Virus record (IMG/VR): IMGVR_UViG_3300037313_000650
Direction: 5' to 3' (one strand)
DNA: 31,754 bases
Source of the DNA: a virus
Taxonomy: Duplodnaviria > Heunggongvirae > Uroviricota > Caudoviricetes
Part shown: positions 8,474 to 17,007 of the stretch, one piece after another
Position numbering within the stretch: the stretch's first letter is position 1
Layout of the letters: each line of letters opens with the position of its first letter
The notes under the pieces: generated by a model
Database searches by the model: none
What the model saw: only the letters and a program-made list of their open reading frames with translations
What the model was told of the DNA's origin: nothing
Made by a program: the position numbers and the translations under genes

Positions 8474-8956
8474 ATGGAATCTAAGAAAATAGTAATTGAT
8501 AGTACAGATAAATACCCTATAAAGGTTGAAATACTCATTACTACTAATAGAGAAATTACTGAAAAGGAATATGATGATATACTTTACTCACATGCAGAAG
8601 AAATAGTAAGGAAAATCAGGACTCAATCCATGATATTGGACCCTAAAGTTCAAAAAGATGCAGCAGAAGAGAAAGAAGAACTATTATCATTATTTCCAAA
8701 ACCTATTTATGTTAAAGAAATACCAAATGAATATAATAAAAATCCATTTAGTCCTTGGTTTATTGTTACTACTCATGAAGGTCCAATTAAAATAGGCTGG
8801 AGAAAAAGAGTTATTCATATTGATTGGAGTGAAAGTGATATTTTAGAAACAACGGATATACTTTTCAAGGATGAAGATGTAACTAAAGGAGATAAATACA
8901 TTCATGCTTGGGGATATCACAAAGCAAAAGAATATATTGATAAACTTATGAGTTAA
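8474..8956 (+). CDS. conserved phage protein (IGWRKRVIxIDW motif)
   Basis: 160 aa; motif recalled from uncharacterised phage proteins. Confidence 0.85.
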   Translation: MESKKIVIDSTDKYPIKVEILITTNREITEKEYDDILYSHAEEIVRKIRTQSMILDPKVQKDAAEEKEELLSLFPKPIYVKEIPNEYNKNPFSPWFIVTTHEGPIKIGWRKRVIHIDWSESDILETTDILFKDEDVTKGDKYIHAWGYHKAKEYIDKLMS

Positions 8957-8990
8957 TAAATTCTTTTAATCCATTTAAATTAAATACTAT

Positions 8991-9077
8991 ATGAAAACAA
9001 TTAACCCTAAAACTACAATCTTCGTTATTGGATTTGTATTATTAGATTTACTTTTAATCTATTTAGCAAGCAAATAA
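8991..9077 (+). CDS. small single-TM peptide (28 aa)
   Basis: Read manually: MKTINPKTTIFVIGFVLLDLLLIYLASK. Confidence 0.55.
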   Translation: MKTINPKTTIFVIGFVLLDLLLIYLASK

Positions 9078-9087
9078 ATCAGCAAAT

Positions 9088-9360
9088 ATGGGAAAATATA
9101 TTAATAATATCAATGGTAAACATTTACCTGCAACAGAGAAAACAGAATTTATTCTGGAGAATGTAAAAGGTTCTATGGTAATACCTCGTCCTGCTCAATG
9201 GAAAGAAGATATAGTATGTGTAGTAAGCAATGGTTATTTCGAAGCTGCTGCATATGCATTTGATGCTCAGGAACTTGAGGAATTCAAATACCCTGAAGAT
9301 ACCAGATCTAAAGTTTGGCTTTATGTTCCAAATGCAGCACAATTTATTGATAATTTTTAA
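9088..9360 (+). CDS. hypothetical protein
   Basis: 90-aa ORF. Confidence 0.8.
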   Translation: MGKYINNINGKHLPATEKTEFILENVKGSMVIPRPAQWKEDIVCVVSNGYFEAAAYAFDAQELEEFKYPEDTRSKVWLYVPNAAQFIDNF

Positions 9361-9371
9361 AACATGTTTTT

Positions 9372-9701
9372 ATGGATAAATATGATAAGCAAATTAAATT
9401 CCTTACAGCTAATCCAGAAAGAATAACTAGACAATGGGAATCAGGTATAGGTTTATTTCAATTTATAGATAGAAGTTGTGATGATAATGAGTCAAACATA
9501 AATAGTGGTTGCCTTACTATGATTAGAAGTAATATGAGTTGTGTAGCTATTATAAATAGAAATGTAAATAATGAAATTACAGAGCAGATAAGAAATGATG
9601 AGAGAATACCCATAAATAGTAATGATATAAAAGTAGAGCATCTTCCTATATTTGCAGAATGGCAACGTAAGGTTGACCAATTAGAGGGTATAAAATCCTG
9701 A
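9372..9701 (+). CDS. hypothetical protein
   Basis: 109-aa ORF. Confidence 0.8.
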   Translation: MDKYDKQIKFLTANPERITRQWESGIGLFQFIDRSCDDNESNINSGCLTMIRSNMSCVAIINRNVNNEITEQIRNDERIPINSNDIKVEHLPIFAEWQRKVDQLEGIKS

Positions 9702-9709
9702 TTATCAAT

Positions 9710-9737
9710 GGAGCTACTGTAATAGTAGCTCCCTTTT
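9710..9737 (+). terminator. intrinsic terminator
   Basis: ggagctact-gtaat-agtagctcc-ctttt. Confidence 0.8.
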
Positions 9738-9770
9738 AATCTATTTAGCAAATAAATAAAACAATAAATA

Positions 9771-10157
9771 ATGAAATTAAGAGAGTATATACAATCAAAA
9801 AAGAAAGTTATTCAAGAGATTTTAGATTTCTTCAATAATAGTAATTTCTCTAACGTTGATTGGTATATTGAACGGGGAGAATCTGATACTGGAGAATCTT
9901 ATGAATTTTTAATTTATCCTAAAGAAGAGGATAGTGATGGTTTCTTTGAAGGTAATGAATTAATTATTTTATTATCCATGTTTCATAAACAACGTTTTAC
10001 GATCTTCCTGCATTTAAATGATACTATTAATCATCCAAAGGAACAACCAAAACTAATTGTAACAGTAGGTATTGATTTAGAACGAGATTTTGATGATTGG
10101 AAAACTTCAGGTGGGAGAGGAAGAAAAAGACATAAAGATTTAGATAAATCATGGTAA
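9771..10157 (+). CDS. hypothetical protein
   Basis: 128-aa ORF. Confidence 0.8.
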   Translation: MKLREYIQSKKKVIQEILDFFNNSNFSNVDWYIERGESDTGESYEFLIYPKEEDSDGFFEGNELIILLSMFHKQRFTIFLHLNDTINHPKEQPKLIVTVGIDLERDFDDWKTSGGRGRKRHKDLDKSW

Positions 10158-10182
10158 AATTTATTATTTAAAACTACTGTAT

Positions 10183-10416
10183 ATGAAAAGAACTTTGTAT
10201 CTAAAATTAGTACCTGTAAAGCTAATAGCTAAGAAATGGAATATACATGGTGGTACGATAGTCAATACTTCTACTCTTGTAATGGAGAAACCTACACTCA
10301 TCCTTACAGATGCATGTGTAATGGTGAGATGTAATTCCAAAGGAGATATTAATTGGGAACACACTGCTATATATAAAATGGAAGATTTAATTGGTAAAAA
10401 TGTTAAATTCTTATAA
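10183..10416 (+). CDS. hypothetical protein
   Basis: 77-aa ORF. Confidence 0.75.
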   Translation: MKRTLYLKLVPVKLIAKKWNIHGGTIVNTSTLVMEKPTLILTDACVMVRCNSKGDINWEHTAIYKMEDLIGKNVKFL

Positions 10417-10417
10417 T

Positions 10418-10684
10418 ATGTACTCAAAACATTTCATAGAAAGAGTAAAAGAAGTATACCCTGATTATCCTTACATTCATCTATTAGCAGATGAAGGGAG
10501 TCTTTTACTAGGTAGAATTCTGTATGATTGGTCTAGTAACAATATATCTGTGGATGAAGTATTATCAGCTACCAGCCTGAAAAGGCTTCAAAAGAGAGCC
10601 ATAGAGTTAAAGACAAGGAAAGAACTTTACAGGGATTGGCTGGAGGAAACGCAGTCATCAGAAATAGAGCACATGGAAGATTAA
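10418..10684 (+). CDS. hypothetical protein
   Basis: Start moved to the ATG just after the upstream stop (MYSKHF...). Confidence 0.75.
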   Translation: MYSKHFIERVKEVYPDYPYIHLLADEGSLLLGRILYDWSSNNISVDEVLSATSLKRLQKRAIELKTRKELYRDWLEETQSSEIEHMED

Positions 10685-10709
10685 AATAATCATTCAAAAA
10701 ATATTAAAA

Positions 10710-11441
10710 ATGCAGAAGCTAGTACAAGTGGTTATGCTTCCCACTGAAAAAACAGGTGTGGTAGGTTTAATAAATCTAGGAACTCAACTAATTCTTTTAA
10801 AAAACCCACCTTATCAAAAGAATATTGATAGGAGTATTGCAGCAGGAACCATTAAGCCTCAATACTTGTATTTTACTATTGATGAAGAGATAAAGGGAGA
10901 TGATTGGTGTTTGTATCAAGATGAAGAGGACATATTTATTGGACGAATGGGTATTGCTCCAAAGGAAGCACCGTTGCTTACTAATGATGAAGGAACCTTT
11001 CTTGTATGTGATGAAGACAGTAAGAATCTCAAGAAGATAGTAGCTACTACTAATCCTGATTTGTGGATAACTAAGAAGTTTTCACACTATAGTCAGGATT
11101 TAATGAAGGTAGCAGTATATAAGGATGTGTCTACAGGTATTGCTAAAATCCCCACCGACTTCATAGAAGCCTATGTACGTGAACAAGGGAAGATAACAGA
11201 GGTAATGTTGGAGTATGAGTATTCCAGAGAAGGATTTCCTTATACTCCTGTATTCTGTTCTCCAGAGCGACTCAAACTTCGTAGCAATGGTGAAGTTATC
11301 TGGTCTCCTGTAAAGGAACGCAGTTTTACCTATTCTGAAGTTATAGATATACTTAGAGGGTTTGATTCTTATGTTAGTAGGGAAATAGGTATTGCTATTC
11401 CTGATGGCGGTTCTTGGTTTATTAAAAATTATCCTCAATGA
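10710..11441 (+). CDS. Bacteroidota-phage hypothetical protein (KIVATT...IPTDFIEAYV...VMLEYE family)
   Basis: 243 aa; motif pattern recalled from uncharacterised Bacteroidota phage proteins. Confidence 0.85.
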   Translation: MQKLVQVVMLPTEKTGVVGLINLGTQLILLKNPPYQKNIDRSIAAGTIKPQYLYFTIDEEIKGDDWCLYQDEEDIFIGRMGIAPKEAPLLTNDEGTFLVCDEDSKNLKKIVATTNPDLWITKKFSHYSQDLMKVAVYKDVSTGIAKIPTDFIEAYVREQGKITEVMLEYEYSREGFPYTPVFCSPERLKLRSNGEVIWSPVKERSFTYSEVIDILRGFDSYVSREIGIAIPDGGSWFIKNYPQ

Positions 11442-11746
11442 TTATGAAAGATACATTCACCAGAGAAGAAGTAATACAATTACTCATAAAAGAGAGACAA
11501 AGAGCAGTAGATATAGCCGATAGCTTTTCCGAACAGGCTGAAAATCAATATAATGATTTTAAAGAAGCTGAAAAAATTACCAAAAGTGAATCTATTAGAG
11601 CTATAGTTCTTAAAGATGTAGCTAATGAATGCAGATTAGTAGGTAATGCTATCTCTGGATTAAATGCTCTTTCTGTTACATTAGGAAAAACTATGGAAAA
11701 TGAGATAAGGAAGGAATTTGATAAACTTTATCCACCTCAAAATTAA
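11438..11746 (+). CDS. hypothetical protein (helical)
   Basis: 102 aa, ATGA coupled. Confidence 0.8.
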   Translation: MIMKDTFTREEVIQLLIKERQRAVDIADSFSEQAENQYNDFKEAEKITKSESIRAIVLKDVANECRLVGNAISGLNALSVTLGKTMENEIRKEFDKLYPPQN

Positions 11747-11752
11747 TTAAAA

Positions 11753-12031
11753 ATGGAATTAATATTCTTATCCCACATACTACAAGCTACTCAAGGTGCA
11801 GTAGTTGGTATATTTAAACATCCTATGTCCAAAGGAGATGTAGAGATGGTAATTGAGAATGATGAACACACATTCACTACTATTACAGTAGGTACATTCT
11901 TAGGACTACAAACATGCTCATACCCTAAATCAAAATTCCAACCTATACTATTTCCAGATGGAAAGAGATTGTCCGAAATGATGGAGAATCCTCAAACTTT
12001 CAAAGAATGGTATGATTATATAAATAATTAA
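11753..12031 (+). CDS. hypothetical protein
   Basis: 92-aa ORF. Confidence 0.8.
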   Translation: MELIFLSHILQATQGAVVGIFKHPMSKGDVEMVIENDEHTFTTITVGTFLGLQTCSYPKSKFQPILFPDGKRLSEMMENPQTFKEWYDYINN

Positions 12032-12033
12032 TT

Positions 12034-12276
12034 ATGAATACATTTTTAAGTATAATAGGTGTAGGTGCTTTAATTTGGTTAGTATTTGCATTTACTAAAT
12101 ACAAAGGTGAAAAGATTCAAGAACATTTAGAACGTGCATACTTTGAAGGTCAAAAAGATGCTTTACAGGGAGATATTAGAATCAAAAGGAACAATGATTC
12201 TTGTTGGATATGGATTAAATCTCCTTGGAATAGCGGAGAAGAACCTATCTTTGTCCCTAATAAAGTATGTCAATAA
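12034..12276 (+). CDS. membrane-anchored hypothetical protein
   Basis: N-terminal TM segment; AYFEGQKDAL...WIKSPW. Confidence 0.8.
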   Translation: MNTFLSIIGVGALIWLVFAFTKYKGEKIQEHLERAYFEGQKDALQGDIRIKRNNDSCWIWIKSPWNSGEEPIFVPNKVCQ

Positions 12277-12290
12277 TATATTTAAATTAT

Positions 12291-12481
12291 TACAGCAGCT
12301 ATCTGTAGGACAACGTATGCAGGTGAAAACCCTGCTTACTTATGTGACAACCTGTTAGGGAATACGACCCACCGCTACTGTGGGTGTCTAAACAGATGTA
12401 GTCAATCGTCTGTCGTCAGGATGATGGGGTAGCCATTCCCTCAAGGACGTAAAAAGTGACTACCGTAGCGGGGCTGCTGTA
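12291..12481 (+). ncRNA. candidate structured ncRNA 1 (pseudoknotted, T-loop-like hairpin)
   Basis: ORF-free and GC-rich; 9-bp terminal helix tacagcagc/gctgctgta; gcagg-TGAAAAC-cctgc; acccac-cgctact-gtgggt whose loop pairs with gtagcg (12465-12470); gtagtca/tgactac helix. Confidence 0.7.
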
Positions 12482-12489
12482 TATCTTAT

Positions 12490-12677
12490 TTAAATCTGCT
12501 CAGAGTAATCAAATAGCAAGGGGTTGTGTCTTGAAAGATAGACTGCCTTTGCAGCTATGACCAATAGCGTTGTTTGATGAAAAGAGATAGAGACTAGGGC
12601 AGATGGTGGAAATACCATGCAGTCATCCTTGTGAGGCTTCCCTAGCTACTATTCCCTTTGGTCAGGGACAGGTTTAA
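12490..12677 (+). ncRNA. candidate structured ncRNA 2 (kissing loop)
   Basis: Terminal helix ttaaatctg/caggtttaa; atcaaata/tgtttgat; ctaggg/ccctag; loop TGACCAA (12558-12564) complementary to loop TTGGTCA (12658-12664). Confidence 0.7.
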
Positions 12678-12704
12678 TTTTTTCATATTCAGTTAGTTTT
12701 GGTC

Positions 12705-12733
12705 CCTCTGATATTTCTATATCGGAGGTTTTT
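12705..12733 (+). terminator. intrinsic terminator after the ncRNA pair
   Basis: cctctgatat-ttct-atatcggagg-ttttt. Confidence 0.8.
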
Positions 12734-12758
12734 ATTTACTTTTAAACTAAAATAAATC

Positions 12759-12929
12759 ATGAAAACCTTTGTTAAAATAATTCTGTTTATAATAATGTAT
12801 ATTATAAATATACCAAACTTTATAATATTAATATGGATTGGTATATGGAGAATGAATTTTAAAGATGTAAATCAATTTTCTGAAAACTTGGCTGATTCTA
12901 TTTGTAACTCTTTAAATCTATTAATATGA
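12759..12929 (+). CDS. small membrane protein (56 aa)
   Basis: Read manually: MKTFVKIILFIIMYIINIPNFIILIWIGIW...; ATGA overlap with next gene. Confidence 0.6.
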   Translation: MKTFVKIILFIIMYIINIPNFIILIWIGIWRMNFKDVNQFSENLADSICNSLNLLI

Positions 12930-13117
12930 AAAAGAATATAGTACAACTAATTTCAGGAATAGTAGTTATAGTTGGATGGATAATTTTACATACATTAGCA
13001 ACTGATAAAGATATTATCTGGACTCTACCTGTATTTACTACAGTATTTTTACCTGTAGCGTTATGTACATTAGTTTCATTCATAATATTATATAAATCTA
13101 ATAATTGGTTCAAATAA
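12926..13117 (+). CDS. small membrane protein (2 TM)
   Basis: Two hydrophobic segments. Confidence 0.75.
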   Translation: MKKNIVQLISGIVVIVGWIILHTLATDKDIIWTLPVFTTVFLPVALCTLVSFIILYKSNNWFK

Positions 13118-13434
13118 TGAAAGAAGCCATGTATTATACAGGAAGAAAACTAAAAACCAAAAGTTTAAAAGGTTTTCCTGCACATATAGAATTTTGGGTT
13201 TCTAGTGATAAAACTACAACGATTCTTAGAAGAAAAGTATTACTACCTTATGATAAGGATATTAAGAAAGATAAGAATTTCAATCTAATTAGAGTGTTTA
13301 ACTTCTCCAAAGGTAAAGTGATACTTATTCAACAGGAGATTACAATGAATCCCAATAACATGATAGATACTGTAAATTTAATATTAACAGTATTAGAAGA
13401 AAATAAACTGATTGAACTTATTAAAGGTACATAA
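13117..13434 (+). CDS. hypothetical protein
   Basis: Start moved to the TAATG-coupled ATG (MKEAM...). Confidence 0.75.
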   Translation: MKEAMYYTGRKLKTKSLKGFPAHIEFWVSSDKTTTILRRKVLLPYDKDIKKDKNFNLIRVFNFSKGKVILIQQEITMNPNNMIDTVNLILTVLEENKLIELIKGT

Positions 13435-13835
13435 TGAAAAAGATATTATTAATGCTGGTATTGTTTGTCACCAGCTTTATAGTAAAAGCACAAACAACGT
13501 ATTATGCAGAATATATAGGTAAAACACTTTGGAATAAATATTCTAAAAAATGGGATTATCAAATGCCCAAAGAAACATTCCAGAAGATTACTATATATGG
13601 AGATGTTATTTTAGTGGAAGATAAAGCTAAATCTAGATATACTGTTCATAATGTAATTGATAAAAGTGAAGGGTATTATTACTATACTATATGGAACGCA
13701 GTAGATGAAAGTGGTAGAGAATGTGTAGTAAAACTATCCAAAAGAAGTGATGAGAAATACAGTGAACTATGTGTATTTTATATTAGTTATAGTTCTGGTT
13801 TGTATTATTGGTTTGATGATAAAAAATCTTACTAA
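13434..13835 (+). CDS. putative secreted/periplasmic protein
   Basis: Sec signal MKKILLMLVLFVTSFIVKA-Q, with Gln at +1 as typical of Bacteroidota SPI substrates. Confidence 0.8.
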   Translation: MKKILLMLVLFVTSFIVKAQTTYYAEYIGKTLWNKYSKKWDYQMPKETFQKITIYGDVILVEDKAKSRYTVHNVIDKSEGYYYYTIWNAVDESGRECVVKLSKRSDEKYSELCVFYISYSSGLYYWFDDKKSY

Positions 13836-14002
13836 TGAAAATTGGAAATAAAGTAATTTGCACTCTGCACCCTGATTGGGGTGCTGGAGTGCTTTCTTGT
13901 ATCTCTGAAGGTAAAGGATTCATCTATTGGGGTGAATTTGGAGATATGAGAGACAGAAAGTATGAATTTTGTGATTTATCATTAATAAAAATTGTTATAT
14001 GA
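13835..14002 (+). CDS. small hypothetical protein, SH3-like pattern (55 aa)
   Basis: Read manually: MKIGNKVICTLHPDWGAGVL...; TAATG and ATGA coupled. Confidence 0.7.
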   Translation: MKIGNKVICTLHPDWGAGVLSCISEGKGFIYWGEFGDMRDRKYEFCDLSLIKIVI

Positions 14003-14313
14003 CAATACATGATTGTAAAGAAGGTGTAGTGTACTATTACATACTACAAAGTAGTAGATGGTTAGGAAGGTTTGTTAAAATTGATAGAAGTCAATTATGG
14101 AATGAAGCTAATCTTGATATTAAGGGTGAGCATCTTTATATATATAATACGGGTTCTACAAATCTTTGTGGTACAAATAAAGTATTAGAAGTAAGAGAAG
14201 CTACACCTGAAGAGGTAGAACATTATGAACAATGTGTTGCAGCAAAGAAATATGTAGAATACAAACCTTCTATTAAATCACCTCAAATAATTAATAGTTA
14301 TGACATTTTCTGA
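13999..14313 (+). CDS. YEIF-tail protein 1 (RxAT/CIxAxK family)
   Basis: VREATPEEVEHYEQCVAAKK; ends PQIINSYDIF. Confidence 0.85.
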   Translation: MTIHDCKEGVVYYYILQSSRWLGRFVKIDRSQLWNEANLDIKGEHLYIYNTGSTNLCGTNKVLEVREATPEEVEHYEQCVAAKKYVEYKPSIKSPQIINSYDIF

Positions 14314-14596
14314 TTTAGTAATAGGAGGTGTATATTATGTTCATTGTCCTAAGTATGGGTTTAAATGGATAGTTGAACGTGGTGAAAATCTATTTAACCG
14401 ATATGGTATAGACTTAACAATAAGTAATGACCCTCGTCTTGAAAAAAGTATGGGTTCATTCGTTGAGGATTACGAATGGGAGATTCGTGAGGCTACAAAA
14501 GAAGAAAGAGAATGGTTATGGAAATCTATAAATGCAGATAATATAGTACCAAGAGAAAGTATTAATCCTATAAATAATAATTATGAAATATACTAA
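14300..14596 (+). CDS. YEIF-tail protein 2 (RxAT family)
   Basis: IREATKEEREWLWKSINA; ends PINNNYEIY. Confidence 0.85.
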   Translation: MTFSDLVIGGVYYVHCPKYGFKWIVERGENLFNRYGIDLTISNDPRLEKSMGSFVEDYEWEIREATKEEREWLWKSINADNIVPRESINPINNNYEIY

Positions 14597-14873
14597 TTAT
14601 TCTGATCTAATAGCAGGGCAATACTATGTATTCTATTTTAATAAGAGTGATAATACAGAGTTAAGAGTTATATTTAAATATGGTGGGCGTGAAAATGAGA
14701 AAAGGCACTATATTGATGCTGGTGATAAATACAAATTTGATACATGTTGTAGATGCAGTGGTTATTTTGTTCCTGCTTCTCCTGAAGATATTGAATGGTT
14801 AGATGATTGTATTGCAGCAGGTAAAACTGTTCCCAGACCTACAAAAGTTAATAATAATTATGAAATATTTTAA
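14583..14873 (+). CDS. YEIF-tail protein 3 (RxAT family)
   Basis: VPASPEDIEWLDDCIAAGK; ends PTKVNNNYEIF. Confidence 0.85.
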   Translation: MKYTNYSDLIAGQYYVFYFNKSDNTELRVIFKYGGRENEKRHYIDAGDKYKFDTCCRCSGYFVPASPEDIEWLDDCIAAGKTVPRPTKVNNNYEIF

Positions 14874-14882
14874 TTTTAATAT

Positions 14883-15179
14883 ATGAAATTATCAGAATGT
14901 ATTGAAGGGGTCAGTTATGTATTTGAAAGTGGTAATTGGCCTTATTTAGGTATATATAAAGGTATTAGAGATGATGAAATTATTACAAATTGCTGTTTAA
15001 ATCTTGAAACAGCAGAATTTTTCAAAGAAGAAACACGCTTAATGGATTTGGAATCTCTTGAAAATGTTAGAATACCAACTGACGAAGAGGTTCAATGGTT
15101 TAATGCATGTATTGCAGCTAATAAGGCGGTAAATAAAGCAGATATACCAAAAATCAATAACAACTACGAAATATTTTAA
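14883..15179 (+). CDS. YEIF-tail protein 4 (RxAT family)
   Basis: VRIPTDEEVQWFNACIAANK; ends PKINNNYEIF. Confidence 0.85.
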   Translation: MKLSECIEGVSYVFESGNWPYLGIYKGIRDDEIITNCCLNLETAEFFKEETRLMDLESLENVRIPTDEEVQWFNACIAANKAVNKADIPKINNNYEIF

Positions 15180-15237
15180 ATTTTACAAACTATTATAAAC
15201 TTTTTCTTTATTTTTAAACTTTAAAATTCAAACTAAA

Positions 15238-15702
15238 ATGAGTACAAAGAAAGCAACTGGAAAAGAGACATTAGCATTGACAACAACTACAGAAGTTCCT
15301 GAAGTGATTAAAGCATTGCAAGCACAAATTGATGAATTGAAAGATATTGAAACTTCACAGTGGAAAACAAGTGGTAATCTGGATGGTTTTGGTAGTATTA
15401 AGGAAGAAAAGAAGATTGAGAACTTGATTCGTGCTTATTCTTCTGTTAAAGGTAGAGCTAACGCTTATGAAGATGCAGCAGATGATTTAGGTATTACTAC
15501 CTATCCTCAGTTTAATATCAATGGTGGTACAGTAGAAGATTGGAAGCATGATATTCAATTGAGAATTGCTATTGTCAATCATAAAGAAAAGCTGGATAAA
15601 CTGAAAGATTTTAAAGCTAAAGCAGAACGTTTCCTTTCTGAGGAAGATCAGAAGAAGATGTTATTCAATGAAATGTCTGCATTTCTTGGATTAGGTAAAT
15701 AA
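15238..15702 (+). CDS. coiled-coil hypothetical protein
   Basis: 154 aa, heptad-rich, own terminator. Confidence 0.85.
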   Translation: MSTKKATGKETLALTTTTEVPEVIKALQAQIDELKDIETSQWKTSGNLDGFGSIKEEKKIENLIRAYSSVKGRANAYEDAADDLGITTYPQFNINGGTVEDWKHDIQLRIAIVNHKEKLDKLKDFKAKAERFLSEEDQKKMLFNEMSAFLGLGK

Positions 15703-15720
15703 GTCTCTCTTTTATTGCTT

Positions 15721-15752
15721 AAAGTCCCTGCCTTTTAGGTGGGGACTTTTTT
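15721..15752 (+). terminator. intrinsic terminator
   Basis: aaagtccctgcct...aggtggggacttt plus T-run. Confidence 0.8.
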
Positions 15753-15772
15753 AATTATTTAAATCTGTATAT

Positions 15773-16381
15773 ATGAAACAGATAACTCTTATACTAACTG
15801 TATTAACATTATTAGCCTGTAAAAAGGAAGATGTATCTCCAGAAACAAGTATCATTGAAGTGGAATCTAATTATAAAACAGTTATATATCTAAACTTTGA
15901 AGGAAAGAATATTGTAAATACTGATTGGAATAGTATATACAATATCCAGCAAGTAAATTGTGCTCCTTCCAGTTTTACTAATAATCAGAAACAACAGATA
16001 TATGACAGTTTGATTAAATATCTACAGACTTTCCACATTAGACTTACTGTAAGAAGAGATATTTACGAAAATGCTAATCAAAAAGCAGAAATAGTAGTTA
16101 CCCCTACAAGCTATTGGGCAAAAATAGATGGTATGGGTATCGCAGCAGTAAATTCTCTCACTTATAATATCCCTGCTTTTGTATTTAGCGATGTATCAAA
16201 CAACAATATCCGTAATACAGCCCTTGCAATTGCACATGAAGTAGGACATATTGTAGGACTTAATCATACGAAAACAAATAATTCATTCTATAATAGTTCT
16301 TTCATGGGATATCCCTATCTTAGCTCAAATCCCATATGGACAGAAGAAGACAAACAAATCATTAACCAAAATCTACAATAA
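15773..16381 (+). CDS. lipoprotein zinc metallopeptidase (metzincin/matrixin-like)
   Basis: Lipobox LLA-C then KKED; HEVGHIVGLNH (HExxHxxGxxH); downstream SFMGYP Met-turn. Confidence 0.85.
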   Translation: MKQITLILTVLTLLACKKEDVSPETSIIEVESNYKTVIYLNFEGKNIVNTDWNSIYNIQQVNCAPSSFTNNQKQQIYDSLIKYLQTFHIRLTVRRDIYENANQKAEIVVTPTSYWAKIDGMGIAAVNSLTYNIPAFVFSDVSNNNIRNTALAIAHEVGHIVGLNHTKTNNSFYNSSFMGYPYLSSNPIWTEEDKQIINQNLQ

Positions 16382-16629
16382 TGAATAAGAAATACAACAG
16401 TATTGAAGAAATTATAGGTATAGTCATTAAGTCTGGAAGAGATGATTATAAGGTTATTAAAAATGAAGACAATGAAGACGAATTTGGTCTTATTAATCTT
16501 AAAGTTGGTAATAAATATTTTAATGCATCATATAAATTACTCTATTTTAATAAGAAGTTAGAGCAAGGAATATGGAAAGTAGTAACTGAACCCAAACCCG
16601 AAATCAATAATACCTACGAAATATTCTAA
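16381..16629 (+). CDS. YEIF-tail protein 5 (G/D-x-WK[IV][VI] family)
   Basis: EQGIWKVV; ends PEINNTYEIF. Confidence 0.8.
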   Translation: MNKKYNSIEEIIGIVIKSGRDDYKVIKNEDNEDEFGLINLKVGNKYFNASYKLLYFNKKLEQGIWKVVTEPKPEINNTYEIF

Positions 16630-16811
16630 TGAAAAAAGTAATCAAGATAATGTCCCTACATGGAGAATACTATAGTGTTGAACCAATCATCTTCAGTAGT
16701 GCAAGTGTACACTTTGAAGATATAACTGGTATAAAACGTATAGTTGGTATAGCTGACATAATTGCTATTACATTAACAGAAAAAGATATTAACAATGAAA
16801 AAATTCATTAA
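16629..16811 (+). CDS. hypothetical protein
   Basis: 60 aa, TAATG coupled. Confidence 0.65.
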   Translation: MKKVIKIMSLHGEYYSVEPIIFSSASVHFEDITGIKRIVGIADIIAITLTEKDINNEKIH

Positions 16812-17007
16812 CAAGTTCTTCAAAGACTTTTGTTGGCATTCATGGGATTATTATAATCCATACAACAGAACCTGTACTTTATGTAATGAACATCAAGTAC
16901 AATTTCATAATACTTATGTTTCTAATGGTATGGTAATTCATGTAGACGAATGGGAAACAATGAATAAAACTACTAAAAATGAAAGATTTAAACCTGAATT
17001 GGATTAA
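16795..17007 (+). CDS. small Zn-finger-like protein
   Basis: CWHSW...RTCTLC pattern. Confidence 0.7.
   Translation: MKKFINKFFKDFCWHSWDYYNPYNRTCTLCNEHQVQFHNTYVSNGMVIHVDEWETMNKTTKNERFKPELD

Noticed and set aside
12425-12475. Strings resembling the c-di-GMP-I riboswitch (GGACGxAAA, GUAGCGGGG) and cobalamin riboswitch (AGGGAA, CCGCxACUG) in RNA 1
   Set aside because: The elements are in the wrong order, and the GNRA tetraloop/receptor arm and other core elements are missing.
12585-12625. AGAGACUA resembling the group I intron R element
   Set aside because: No matching S/P7 partner, no P/Q elements and no interrupted gene on either side.
14290-14313. Tag as an outer-membrane beta-signal (YxF)
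   Set aside because: Tyr is at -4 rather than -3, and the proteins lack signal peptides and beta-barrel length.
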